A stretch of DNA of 64,000 nt from Kiritimatiellia bacterium (GCA_045600365.1 JAZRXT010000156.1:3516-67515), one strand, 5' to 3'. Numbered from the stretch's first letter, positions 18,801-26,795 are shown. Numbers and translations are program-made. The notes: generated by a model from the sequence alone, not told the origin.

Positions 18801-18946
18801 GCGGCGAGCGCATCGGCGCCGTCGGTATCCATAAGCGCGTTGACGTCGGTCTCGACCCCGCGTCCGCAGCGCAATGCCATCACGCACGCGGCGCCTGCCA
18901 TTGCGGTGACCAGCGCCGCCAGGCGCGCCTTGCGAGGGAACGTCAT
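15863..18946 (-). CDS. Fusion protein: MMPL/RND-like predicted exporter (COG4258-type) + C-terminal lysophospholipid/lipid-A-type acyltransferase (LPLAT, LpxL/HtrB-like)
   Basis: This is a continuous 1027-aa ORF. The N-terminal ~780 aa carry 12 TM helices and large periplasmic loops, like APE-cluster exporters. The C-terminal ~250 aa carry SSHLGCAEM (the H-x4-D/E acyltransferase motif) and an LpxL-like core. The ATG at 18946 has SD GGAGAAGGA and overlaps the LolA-like stop (ATGA). Confidence 0.65.
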   Translation of the reverse strand: MTFPRKARLAALVTAMAGAACVMALRCGRGVETDVNALMDTDGADALAALSSVQSSRMRLLLEGDSATAVDAAAVRLRPLVQPDAAADNGIAAAVDFLASRRDGLLAESTRTNLLQRNYAEVEKESLSLLFSGVVPPVFPLRGDPFMLGTIWFMDLAEGAVPPWSMRNGLPTMERDGHHFVLLEGTCKVDSAGVKRMLDVLERVRIFNAENGPVRAYPCGAPFHSALARTRSMREIAVLSWASILAVLSIGRVLLGSFAFVPLLLAALACGSLAGTAALFACPSRPHVLTFVFGTSLIGLGVDYVYHILAAGDEQAQVRRKILHALATTLSGFVPLFFSSVLVLRQMALFTTVGLVGVFCFLMVCAWGRRPKAAADGVPVQRARPWQRWIAAALVLFCAGGVVFLRTDNGPASFYRPPSTLLAGERLLASLGMSTGEYAVTEGGDIQEALEREEAAGLRGVSSIVPSLKRQRENALMVAEFCRQRGGDYSAKTGLKVPMPSRERLLSPQEAMENQFMSRLLSPMLAQRGGRTFLMGMETPGSRMDERSSPGVRRFNPQVELTAFFDRHANETYRLLGASVLVMAIVLVGLFRRRFPKYILPVACAISATAGLLGWCGVKMTFFHPLCFFIVVGLGVDYAIFWAGSPSRSTLRAVTASFLTSFVGLGALALTSFPVTRSMGVVFALALAFSYLFARAFSSDGSRTSPATAETAWYAQREQSASRFRLALMWWVYSHLGKRAVKALTLLVMLFVYPFARPARLALRSFYATLSAYGGKRAGTFGLFRHLLEYAWTLVDKTDACTLRRSLPRVTARDDGAWRSLRDLLDSGRGAFLVSSHLGCAEMLSALDRGAGSRRARVHAFQHLGHDTEFTRMVQRHFNVDAFVLHSTEDIGVETAVDMQDAVRRGELVLMAGDRTTPARARSNRDVCSFMGRDARWPLGVFAFADLVGAPVYFFTCVKVGRELWEVHFRQFVTDASTVAVASRSAVHAARRRMLEEYVSFLEEETLRHPSQWHHFHEFFLPPAEIS

Positions 18947-19395
18947 CTATCCTTCTCCGCCACGTCGCGACGAACAAGCTCCACATCAAGCCGGTCCCCA
19001 TTGCGGAACTTGACCACAACCTGGCGGGGGAAGGCATCACTGGGAATGCATTCGACATCCTTCACCAGTTCGCGAACCTCCTTAATGGCGAATATCCCCG
19101 CGATTGACGAGACATCGTTGGCAAGCGGCTGGGAGCGAACGCGCCCGTTGGCGCTAAACGTCCAGTTGGTGGGAGTGGCGATGAAGCTGCTGGGCACCGG
19201 TTCCACGGTGTTCCATTCGAAGCTGCGATCGCGCTCGAAGCGGAACGTTCCCTTCGACGTCAGCGTAACCCCAACGTCGGCCAGAACGCGACGCTGCACG
19301 AAATCGCCATGCGCCGACTTGGGCATGGAGGGCGTCGCCGCCATCAGGGCCGACCCACCAAGTGCGGTCAGAAGGAGAAAGTGCCTGACGAGCAT
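18943..19395 (-). CDS. LolA-like outer-membrane lipoprotein carrier family protein (secreted)
   Basis: Signal peptide MLVRHFLLLTALGGSALMAATPS. It is ~150 aa with a beta-rich LolA-like pattern. It sits in the position of the LolA-like gene of aryl-polyene clusters. Confidence 0.5.
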   Translation of the reverse strand: MLVRHFLLLTALGGSALMAATPSMPKSAHGDFVQRRVLADVGVTLTSKGTFRFERDRSFEWNTVEPVPSSFIATPTNWTFSANGRVRSQPLANDVSSIAGIFAIKEVRELVKDVECIPSDAFPRQVVVKFRNGDRLDVELVRRDVAEKDR

Positions 19396-19709
19396 ATCGT
19401 ATCTCCCTTGCAGAACGTGTACGAAACGGAATTCCCGGCGTCGGACGCGAGCTTCAGCGTCACCTGCTCGTCAGGGACGATCGGGCGCATGAACTTCATC
19501 TTCCGCACCATCTGGGGCACAAGGCGGCGACCAAGCAGCCGTTCGGCAAAATGGTGGGCAACGCCCAGCTGGACCACGCCCGGGAGCAGCGGACAACCAT
19601 CGAAATGCCCCTTGAAGAATTCGGCCGATGGGGGAAAAGACACCACCACCTCCATCCCACTCTCGGTGCGAACCGGATTCGACGCGGAGAACTCCTCAAT
19701 CCTCACCAT
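19368..19709 (-). CDS. FabA/FabZ-like hot-dog fold dehydratase (or thioesterase)
   Basis: FKGHFDGCPLLPGVVQLGVAHHF matches the FabZ active-site signature FxGHFPxxPvmPGVL. The protein is 113 aa. Confidence 0.65.
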   Translation of the reverse strand: MVRIEEFSASNPVRTESGMEVVVSFPPSAEFFKGHFDGCPLLPGVVQLGVAHHFAERLLGRRLVPQMVRKMKFMRPIVPDEQVTLKLASDAGNSVSYTFCKGDTICSSGTFSF

Positions 19710-21090
19710 CGAACATCCTCCTCAGTTCATCCGCCAGAACCTTGCCCTGCGCGTTGCGCGGAATCTCGTCGACGAAGCGGAAGCGCCTGGGCACGGTGCC
19801 ACGGGGAAATATCGGGAGCAGCAGGCTGCGCATCTCCAGAGGCGTTCGCCGTTCACCAGCCACCACCGCGCCAAGCATGGTGCCAAGCGGAGCGTCAAGA
19901 GTCACCAGCGCGGCCATGCGCACGCCAGGAAGTCCCCGCATCTTCGCCTCCATCTCGGGAAGGGACACCCTCTCGCCGTTGATCTTCGCCATGCGGTCGA
20001 GACGGTCGAGCAAACGGAACGAACGCGCGTCCGGTGAAAGCTCAACCCCGTCGCCCATGGTGTACACGCGTCGGTACGAAAATGGCGAGCGTACCACCAG
20101 GCGACCATCCTCGGCAGTGGAGACGCGCACTTGGTCGAATACGCGCCATTCGCATTTCTGGGGCGAGGCGCCATCCTGTCTGCGCCAGGCGACCCCGCCC
20201 GTCTCGGTGCTGCCGAAGATCTCCAGCGGCGCAATGCCGAACATGCGCCTGGCGGCGGCGCTGGTCTCTGCATCGAGCAGCGAGCCGCTGGTGACCACCT
20301 CCACCGCATTGCGGGGGATTTCATACTGGCCGGCGTAGCGCGCGAGGCGGGCGAGAAAGGGAGGCGTGGTCACAAGCACCACGTGCTCGGCGCGGCGCAT
20401 GGCGCCGATCAGCTCCTCCGGCGAGGCGATGACGGCAGGATGGACCGCGCACCCGGAGACAGACGGCAGCAGCTTCCGCCACAGGACGCCGTATAGGTGG
20501 CCGGGATCTATCGTGGCGAGGAAGAGCGGTCTGTCGCGCAGAACATCTGCCAGGCGCCGATGGTGCATTGCCGTTTCAAGCGCAAGCGTACGAAAGGTCT
20601 TGACAATCCGTTTCGGCTTCGCCGTCGAACCCGAAGTGTGGAACACGGACGAAAACCTTCGCCGACGCACCAGCCATTCGATGCCGACGATCACGCCCGT
20701 GGCACAGTAGGAGAGAATGCAGTTCCACAGCACCCAGGCGGCGGGGATCTCAACTGTGCCGCCGCCGATGCGCCAGACCGGGCCGGGCATGAAGATAGTG
20801 CCCACTGCGATCAGCGCGTTGATGCAGAGCCACACGGTCCAGAACAGCGTATACCGCCGACAGTACGGTTCGGCGCCCGGCGGAAGAATGTGGGGTGGAA
20901 TCACGCGCGCCAGCGCGAGGCAGAATGGTTCAGGGCCCAGCAGACTCGAACCGAAGACCGTCGCCATGCCGAGGCTCATCGTCACCGGGTACCACGCCAG
21001 TGCCGTGAACTTGCGGGTGAGAACCACGACCAGGATGCAGACCGCAAGAATCGCAAAGGCCGTACCGCGACATTTGAAGGGATTCTTCAC
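19696..21090 (-). CDS. Fusion: N-terminal 4-TM membrane domain + AMP-dependent ligase (acyl/aryl-ACP synthetase-type adenylation domain)
   Basis: The N-terminal ~150 aa are hydrophobic (AFAILAVCILVVVL, LFWTVWLCINALIAVGTIF). The adenylation motifs VFHTSGSTAKPKRIV (A3), GSTETG (A5) and NAQGKV (A10) follow. A GTG start is assumed at 21090, since the first in-frame ATG is 37 codons in. Confidence 0.6.
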   Translation of the reverse strand: MKNPFKCRGTAFAILAVCILVVVLTRKFTALAWYPVTMSLGMATVFGSSLLGPEPFCLALARVIPPHILPPGAEPYCRRYTLFWTVWLCINALIAVGTIFMPGPVWRIGGGTVEIPAAWVLWNCILSYCATGVIVGIEWLVRRRRFSSVFHTSGSTAKPKRIVKTFRTLALETAMHHRRLADVLRDRPLFLATIDPGHLYGVLWRKLLPSVSGCAVHPAVIASPEELIGAMRRAEHVVLVTTPPFLARLARYAGQYEIPRNAVEVVTSGSLLDAETSAAARRMFGIAPLEIFGSTETGGVAWRRQDGASPQKCEWRVFDQVRVSTAEDGRLVVRSPFSYRRVYTMGDGVELSPDARSFRLLDRLDRMAKINGERVSLPEMEAKMRGLPGVRMAALVTLDAPLGTMLGAVVAGERRTPLEMRSLLLPIFPRGTVPRRFRFVDEIPRNAQGKVLADELRRMFDGED

Positions 21091-21116
21091 GGCAGATGTC
21101 GGGGTATGGCCGCGGC

Positions 21117-21365
21117 CTAGTCGGCAAGCAGCTTCTTCACGGCCGCTGTGACATCGGCAAGCGTACGGATCTGACGGAATTCCTCGGGATTGACCTTGCG
21201 TCCAGTCTCCTGCTGGAGGCGAACGACCAGATCGACGGCGTCGATCGAATCAAGATCAAGATCGGAGAACAGATTCACCTCGGGGACGAGACGGGCAGGA
21301 TCGCATTCGAAATCCTTGACGAGGATTTCCTTGATCTTGGCCTCGATTTCAGCTTCGGAGATCAT
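21117..21365 (-). CDS. Acyl carrier protein (dedicated, second of a tandem pair)
   Basis: It is 82 aa with the phosphopantetheine-site motif DLDLDSIDAVDLV. The ATG directly follows the TGA of the upstream ACP. Confidence 0.8.
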   Translation of the reverse strand: MISEAEIEAKIKEILVKDFECDPARLVPEVNLFSDLDLDSIDAVDLVVRLQQETGRKVNPEEFRQIRTLADVTAAVKKLLAD

Positions 21366-21638
21366 TCAGCCGACCTCTCCCTTCTGCGCCGCTATGAAGT
21401 CGGCAATAGTCGACACACTGCGGAAAACGGCCTTGTTCTCGGCGGGGTCCTGCGAGAATACGACATCGAAGCGCTTCTTCACGGCCATGCCGAGTTCAAG
21501 CGCGTCGATGGAGTCAAGGCCGAGCCCCTCACCGAAAAGCGGAGCGTCGGCCTCGATGTCTTCGGGGGAGACGCCCTCCAGATCGAGGGCGTTCACCACG
21601 ACGGATTTAAGCTCCGCGACTATCTCGTCGCGAGTCAT
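21366..21638 (-). CDS. Acyl carrier protein (dedicated, first of a tandem pair)
   Basis: It is 90 aa with LGLDSIDALELGMAV. The ATG at 21638 overlaps the secDF stop (ATGA). Confidence 0.8.
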   Translation of the reverse strand: MTRDEIVAELKSVVVNALDLEGVSPEDIEADAPLFGEGLGLDSIDALELGMAVKKRFDVVFSQDPAENKAVFRSVSTIADFIAAQKGEVG

Positions 21639-24199
21639 TTACCCTCGGCGGAATCCGTGAACTGGGGACGACGGCCCTTGTAGTACCACATCATCACCGG
21701 GGTGGCGACGAACATGGAGGAGAAGGTGCCGGCGATGACGCCGATGAGCATCGTGAGCGCGAAGTCGAAGATCGAGCCGTCGCCGAAGGCGAAGAGCGCG
21801 AGCACCGCGAAGAACGTCGTGATGGACGTGATCACCGTACGGGAGAGGCACTCGTTGAGCGCGCGGTTGCAGAGCTCCTTGAAGCCAGTCTTCTGGTCGC
21901 GGCGCAGATCCTCGCGGATGCGGCCGAAAACGACGATCGTGTCGTTAACCGAGTAGCCGACGATCGTCAGCAGCGCCGTCACGACGAGCAACGAGACCTG
22001 ACGCCCGCAGAGCGAGAAGAGGCCGAGCGAGATCAGCACGTCATGCGCAAGGGCGACGAGCGCGCCGAGGCCAAAGCCGAACTCGAAGCGGAAGCCGACG
22101 TAGATCAGAATCGCGCAGAGCGAGAGGACGACCGCCCAGGTACCGGAGGTCTTGAGGTCCTTGCCGACCATCGAACCCACCTCGTCGACCGAGATCTGCT
22201 TGACCTGTGCGTCCTTGAAGTTGTCCTGCAGCAGCTTCGTCACGTGCGCACCGACATCCGTCACGCCCTTGTCCTTGGCGTTTTCGGCCGTGTAGCCGGT
22301 CTTGACGAGCAGCGTGGAGTCGCCCACGCCCTCCTGATACTGGATGATCGTCGCGTTGTCGAACGGGTCGAGCACCTTGCGCACGTCGCCGACCGCAGGC
22401 TTGGCCTTCTGGTCGACGGAGAAGACGAGCGAGGTGCCGCCGGTCAGGTCGACGGCCAGAACCGAGGCCGGCTTGACCACGGCGCGGATGCCGAAGATGG
22501 CGACCGTTATGACGCAGACCGTGAAGGCGGAGATGGCAACGACCTTGCCAAGCTTGACGAAGTCAACATTCGGGGCCTTCTTGAAGATGTTGAGCATCTT
22601 GAAGGGCTTGGAAAGTTCCGCCTTCGTGGTGTTGTCGAACACGAGGCGGGTGACGACCACGGCCGTGAACATCGAGATGATGACGCCGGCGGTGAGGGTG
22701 ATCGCAAAGCCGCGCACGGGGCCGGTGCCCACGATGAAGAGGATGATGCCGGTGACGATCGTCGTGATGTTGGAGTCGAGAATCGCGGTGAAGGCGCGGC
22801 CGTAGCCGTTCTTCAGCGCGGTGCCGACCGTGGCCTTGGCGGCGAACTCCTCGCGGATGCGCTCGAAGATGATCACGTTCGCGTCCACGGCCATGCCGAG
22901 GGTGAGCACGAGACCGGCAATGCCGGGCATCGTCAGCACCGGCAGCTGCAGCGAGCCGGTGGCGCCCATCGAAGCGTCCTTCGCGAAGACGCCCAGCACG
23001 TTGGCGACGAACACCAGCGCGGCCGGAAGGAGCGCAACGTCGAGGAAGAGCGCGATGTCGGCCACGAGACCGGCATACCAGTAGTAGATGAACATGAAGA
23101 GCGCGACCAGCGAGAAGCCGAGAGCCGCGGCAACGAGGCCGGCGTGCTTCGCATCCTCACCCACAGTGGGCGAAACGGAGGATTCGGCAAGGAGCTTGAG
23201 CGGCGCAGGAAGAGCGCCGGCGTTGAGCTCGTTGGCGAGCTGCTGGGCCTCGGCCGCGGTGAAGTGACCGGTGATCTGGCCATGCGCACCGATCTCGCTC
23301 TGGATGACCGGGGCGGAAACGAGCGTGTCGTCGAGGATGATCGCCAGCTGACGACCACGGTCGGAGGGGTTCTTCGGGCCATGCGCCACATAGTTGCGCG
23401 TGACGTCGGAGAAGAGCTTGGCACCCTTCGCATTGAAGGAGAAGCTGATGGCGAGCGAACCGGCGGCATCGCGCTCGACGCCGGCCGAAGTGAGGTACTC
23501 GCCGGTGATCGGCTGCGGCTCGCCCTTTGCGTTGCGCGTAGGGGCGCTGCGGCTCACGAAAGCACCGCGATAGGAGCCGTCGCTTCCCTTCTCGAGCATG
23601 AACTGGTAGCGGGGATCGGGCGTGTGGAAGGAGGCGAGACGGGCGGCATAGCCCTTCTGGCTGGCGATCTTTTCGTAATCCGCCTTACGGACAAAGCCGG
23701 CGCCGCCGCGCTCGTATCCTTCGGGGCAGGCCTCGGTGGACATCAGCTTGTTGACGAGCTCGTCATTGCGCGGATGGGTGAGACGGAACTCAAGGAAGGC
23801 AGCAGACTGCAGCGACTTCTTGGCGGCGGCGCGGGTGGCCTCGTCGATGCCGGGAAGCTGCACCAGCAGGCGGTGGTCCTTCATTCCCTGGATCACCGGC
23901 TCGTTCATGCCCATACCATCGACACGGCGACGGACAACCTGGATGATGCGCGAGTCGCAACCCTGCAGCGTATCGGCAATCTTCTTGTCGATCTCCGCCA
24001 CGTCATTGGAGATGGCAGGATTGGCGGCGATGATCGTCTCGCGCAGCTTATCCTGATCCACGTCAAGCGTGAAGGACGTTCCACCCTTCAAGTCAAGGCC
24101 GAAACGAAGCTTCTGCGCCACCGGGAAAGTGACGTATATAGAAAACACGGCGATGATCAGCAAAGCCAACCACTTCCAGACATCATTGCGAGTATTCAT
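21635..24199 (-). CDS. secDF: Protein translocase subunit SecDF (fused SecD-SecF)
   Basis: It is 854 aa. The SecD periplasmic domain, the TM bundle (GLDLKGGTSFTLDV...) and a SecF-like second half are present. SD AGAGGTAAAG. Confidence 0.9.
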   Translation of the reverse strand: MNTRNDVWKWLALLIIAVFSIYVTFPVAQKLRFGLDLKGGTSFTLDVDQDKLRETIIAANPAISNDVAEIDKKIADTLQGCDSRIIQVVRRRVDGMGMNEPVIQGMKDHRLLVQLPGIDEATRAAAKKSLQSAAFLEFRLTHPRNDELVNKLMSTEACPEGYERGGAGFVRKADYEKIASQKGYAARLASFHTPDPRYQFMLEKGSDGSYRGAFVSRSAPTRNAKGEPQPITGEYLTSAGVERDAAGSLAISFSFNAKGAKLFSDVTRNYVAHGPKNPSDRGRQLAIILDDTLVSAPVIQSEIGAHGQITGHFTAAEAQQLANELNAGALPAPLKLLAESSVSPTVGEDAKHAGLVAAALGFSLVALFMFIYYWYAGLVADIALFLDVALLPAALVFVANVLGVFAKDASMGATGSLQLPVLTMPGIAGLVLTLGMAVDANVIIFERIREEFAAKATVGTALKNGYGRAFTAILDSNITTIVTGIILFIVGTGPVRGFAITLTAGVIISMFTAVVVTRLVFDNTTKAELSKPFKMLNIFKKAPNVDFVKLGKVVAISAFTVCVITVAIFGIRAVVKPASVLAVDLTGGTSLVFSVDQKAKPAVGDVRKVLDPFDNATIIQYQEGVGDSTLLVKTGYTAENAKDKGVTDVGAHVTKLLQDNFKDAQVKQISVDEVGSMVGKDLKTSGTWAVVLSLCAILIYVGFRFEFGFGLGALVALAHDVLISLGLFSLCGRQVSLLVVTALLTIVGYSVNDTIVVFGRIREDLRRDQKTGFKELCNRALNECLSRTVITSITTFFAVLALFAFGDGSIFDFALTMLIGVIAGTFSSMFVATPVMMWYYKGRRPQFTDSAEGK

Positions 24200-24231
24200 T
24201 CTTTACCTCTGGTTATTTGAGACAGATGATG

Positions 24232-24260
24232 ATTATACCAAAAAAAGTGGTCGATGGCAA
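24232..24260 (-). promoter_or_regulatory. Sigma70 promoter TTGCCA-17-TGGTATAAT for the secDF operon
   Basis: The minus strand reads cTTGCCAtcgaccactttttttgGTATAATc, ~32 nt upstream of the ATG at 24199. Confidence 0.5.
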
Positions 24261-24288
24261 GCTTACAGAACAAAAAAATAGTTGTCTC

Positions 24289-24317
24289 TTGCTTTTTTAA
24301 GTTAAATTTGGTAGAAT
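24289..24317 (+). promoter_or_regulatory. Sigma70 promoter TTGCTT-17-TGgTAGAAT for the 24360 gene
   Basis: The plus strand reads TTGCTTttttaagttaaattTGGTAGAAT. The leader is ~36 nt with SD AAGGAGAAA. Confidence 0.45.
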
Positions 24318-24359
24318 GTTATGCGTGTTTGCGAGACAAGGCACTAAAGGAGAAACAAG

Positions 24360-25286
24360 ATGAAGACAATGGCGATGATTCTGGCGGGCTGCGCAATGGC
24401 GTTGCTGTCGCTCCGCGCAGAGGAAGACAATATGTTCACCGACACCGTGGGTGAGGTTCGGGAGGCCGACGTCATTGAACTGGTGAGGACGGTCAACGCC
24501 TCCTTCACCGAATACCGCGCCACCAATGACGCGAAACGCGTGTCTACAATATACTCGGTGAACCGCGATGCGGTGAAGAATGCGCCCCTGAACCGCCGCA
24601 AGACGGTGGTCACGGAGGTCTTCGCCACCGTCCCCGCCGACGCGCTGCCGGCGATCGCGGATGGGTTCGCCGCCGAGTTCTTCTCAAAGAAGGCCGTGTC
24701 GCCCATGCTTGACGGCACCCCGATTGCGGACTTCGCGGCCGCCAACATGCTGCAGATCCACCGTCGCTGCAAGAACGAGAAGGATGGTGCCCGTCGGATG
24801 GTGTTCGCGGTCATCATGTTCCTCAAGGCGGCGGCCGGCGATCCCGACGATCTTCAGGACTCGCTCGCCATGTTCATTCCGCTCGAGGTGATGAAGGAGG
24901 CGATGGACGACTGGATCCCCGCCGCCCTCGGCCAGCCGGGCGTGAAGGGTTCCTACGATCATCTCGTTGCCGCCTCCACCAACGACGCCATCGTCGCCCA
25001 GGCAATCATCGATGCCGACAACAACAAGGCCACGGTGGCGATAAACGGCCCGGAGTTCCGAGTCTACCAGAAGGGCGAGATGCGCGTCAACGATTCGATC
25101 AAGATCAGCGGGCCGAAGCTCGTCGACACATTCGGCGGCATCGACGGCAGCATGGCCGGTGGCGACATCGGCCTCTCCCGCACCCCCCGCGCCGCCGTCT
25201 CGGATCCCGACAGCCCCTGGTACACCCGCCGCCGCGGCAAGCGTCCGTCCGACGAGCCATCGGTCTACGGCGGCCAGAACTACTGA
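24360..25286 (+). CDS. Hypothetical secreted protein
   Basis: Signal peptide MKTMAMILAGCAMALLSLRA. SD AAGGAGAAA. No family was recognised. Confidence 0.55.
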   Translation: MKTMAMILAGCAMALLSLRAEEDNMFTDTVGEVREADVIELVRTVNASFTEYRATNDAKRVSTIYSVNRDAVKNAPLNRRKTVVTEVFATVPADALPAIADGFAAEFFSKKAVSPMLDGTPIADFAAANMLQIHRRCKNEKDGARRMVFAVIMFLKAAAGDPDDLQDSLAMFIPLEVMKEAMDDWIPAALGQPGVKGSYDHLVAASTNDAIVAQAIIDADNNKATVAINGPEFRVYQKGEMRVNDSIKISGPKLVDTFGGIDGSMAGGDIGLSRTPRAAVSDPDSPWYTRRRGKRPSDEPSVYGGQNY

Positions 25287-25311
25287 TCAGTAGCAAGAGA
25301 GGAGCGCAGCC

Positions 25312-26787
25312 ATGGCGCATCTTGTCAGGAACGCAGTGGCGCTGGCGCTGGTGACGCTTCCGGCCATGGCGATTGCCTGGTTTCAGGGAACCACGACCGA
25401 AAACGTGGCGGTGGCGGCACCCTGGGTAATTGGTTCATTTCTTACCGCGACCTTCCTGCTTCCTCAGCAACGCCCGGCCGAGACATTCTTCGGCACCTTC
25501 AAGCGCTCCATTTACCTTATTCTGCGCGACCCCGCCATCTACCTAGCGCTGGCCTTCATCGCACTTCTGGGCATTGCGCTGTTCAACCCGGCACTCTGCC
25601 CCTCCTGCGACTGGGAGGCGATTGACGCCGGTGCCAATCCATATCCGCGCTGGCGGGCACTACCCTTCTGCGTCAACCTCCCCGAGCACCGCATGGTCAT
25701 CCTCCACTTCGCTCAGGTTCTGGCCTGCGCGCTGGCGGTGCGGCATGCCCTCACCCGGGATGGTAAACGGGCATTCTTCGAGGCAATGGTCTGGAATGGG
25801 GCCGCACTCGCCCTGTTCGGCTTCGTGCAGATGGCCTTCGGCGCCAAGGCGCCGTTCTGGCGGGAGTGCGCCCACCCGGTGCACTTCTTCTCGGTGTTCG
25901 GCTATCCCAATCACGCCGGTGCCTTCTTCACGCTCGCCTACGCCTGCTCGCTGGGGCTATGGTGCCTGCGCATGGAGAAGGCCGCCTCGCGCTCGATCGA
26001 CGATTCCCCGCTCCGCCACCCGCTGATAGCCCGTCACTACCCCCTGCCCGCCGTAGCGCTCTCGATGTTCGCGGTGCTCGCCACGCTGAGCCGCGCGGCA
26101 ATGTTCCTGAGCGTGATCCTCACGTTTCTGTTCATGGGGCGCACGGCGCTGGTGTCGATCTCGCGCAGAAGCCGGTCGCTGCGCGCCACCGCCATCTCGG
26201 GGATCGTGCTCATGCTGGCGCTGATCGGCGCCATCTTTGTCTATGCCCCGCCGGAGGTTGGCAGGGAGCTGGCCACGCTGAACCTGCGGGCGCTGGCGGA
26301 CCGCACCTCCGGGCGCGCCCAGTACCACAACCGCATCGCCACCTCGATCATGCGCGACTTCCCGTTCTGCGGCGTCGGTGGCTGGGGCTACCGCCACTTC
26401 GCCCGCTCCTACATGACCGAGGCCGAAAGCGCCCACGCCCAGATCGACGGTGGCGCCAACGTGCACAACGACTATCTCCAGTTCCTGGCCGAACACGGCC
26501 TTGCTGGTTTCGCGTTGCTGGCGGCATGCATATTCCTGCTGGTGAAACCGGTGGCGATCAAATGGCGCGACACCGTGGCCCGCGAACGATTCTCGGAGAA
26601 GACCGTCATCATGAAGCCCGTGGCGGTATTCGCCGTGGAGCCCACAGTGTTCCTGGGAGCGCTCGGCTGCGTCGCCATCTTCGTACACGCATTCGGGGAC
26701 TGTCCCCTGAGATCGACGGCGGTGTTCACATGTCTGCTGTCGGCTCTGGCCGCGCTGATAGGATTCCTCCCACACGATCGGCACTAG
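25312..26787 (+). CDS. O-antigen ligase / Wzy_C-family polytopic membrane protein (WaaL/PglL-like)
   Basis: About 12 TM helices. The Wzy_C-type motifs are LATLSRAAMFLSVILTFLF and DNDYLQFLAEHGLAGFALL (the H-containing loop). SD GAGAGGAG. Confidence 0.6.
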   Translation: MAHLVRNAVALALVTLPAMAIAWFQGTTTENVAVAAPWVIGSFLTATFLLPQQRPAETFFGTFKRSIYLILRDPAIYLALAFIALLGIALFNPALCPSCDWEAIDAGANPYPRWRALPFCVNLPEHRMVILHFAQVLACALAVRHALTRDGKRAFFEAMVWNGAALALFGFVQMAFGAKAPFWRECAHPVHFFSVFGYPNHAGAFFTLAYACSLGLWCLRMEKAASRSIDDSPLRHPLIARHYPLPAVALSMFAVLATLSRAAMFLSVILTFLFMGRTALVSISRRSRSLRATAISGIVLMLALIGAIFVYAPPEVGRELATLNLRALADRTSGRAQYHNRIATSIMRDFPFCGVGGWGYRHFARSYMTEAESAHAQIDGGANVHNDYLQFLAEHGLAGFALLAACIFLLVKPVAIKWRDTVARERFSEKTVIMKPVAVFAVEPTVFLGALGCVAIFVHAFGDCPLRSTAVFTCLLSALAALIGFLPHDRH

Positions 26788-26795
26788 AGCCGGGA

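Noticed and set aside
22043-24220. 725-aa plus-strand ORF antisense to secDF
   Set aside because: secDF on the minus strand is unambiguous. The antisense ORF is low-complexity (runs of E/R/D/G) and is a GC artefact.
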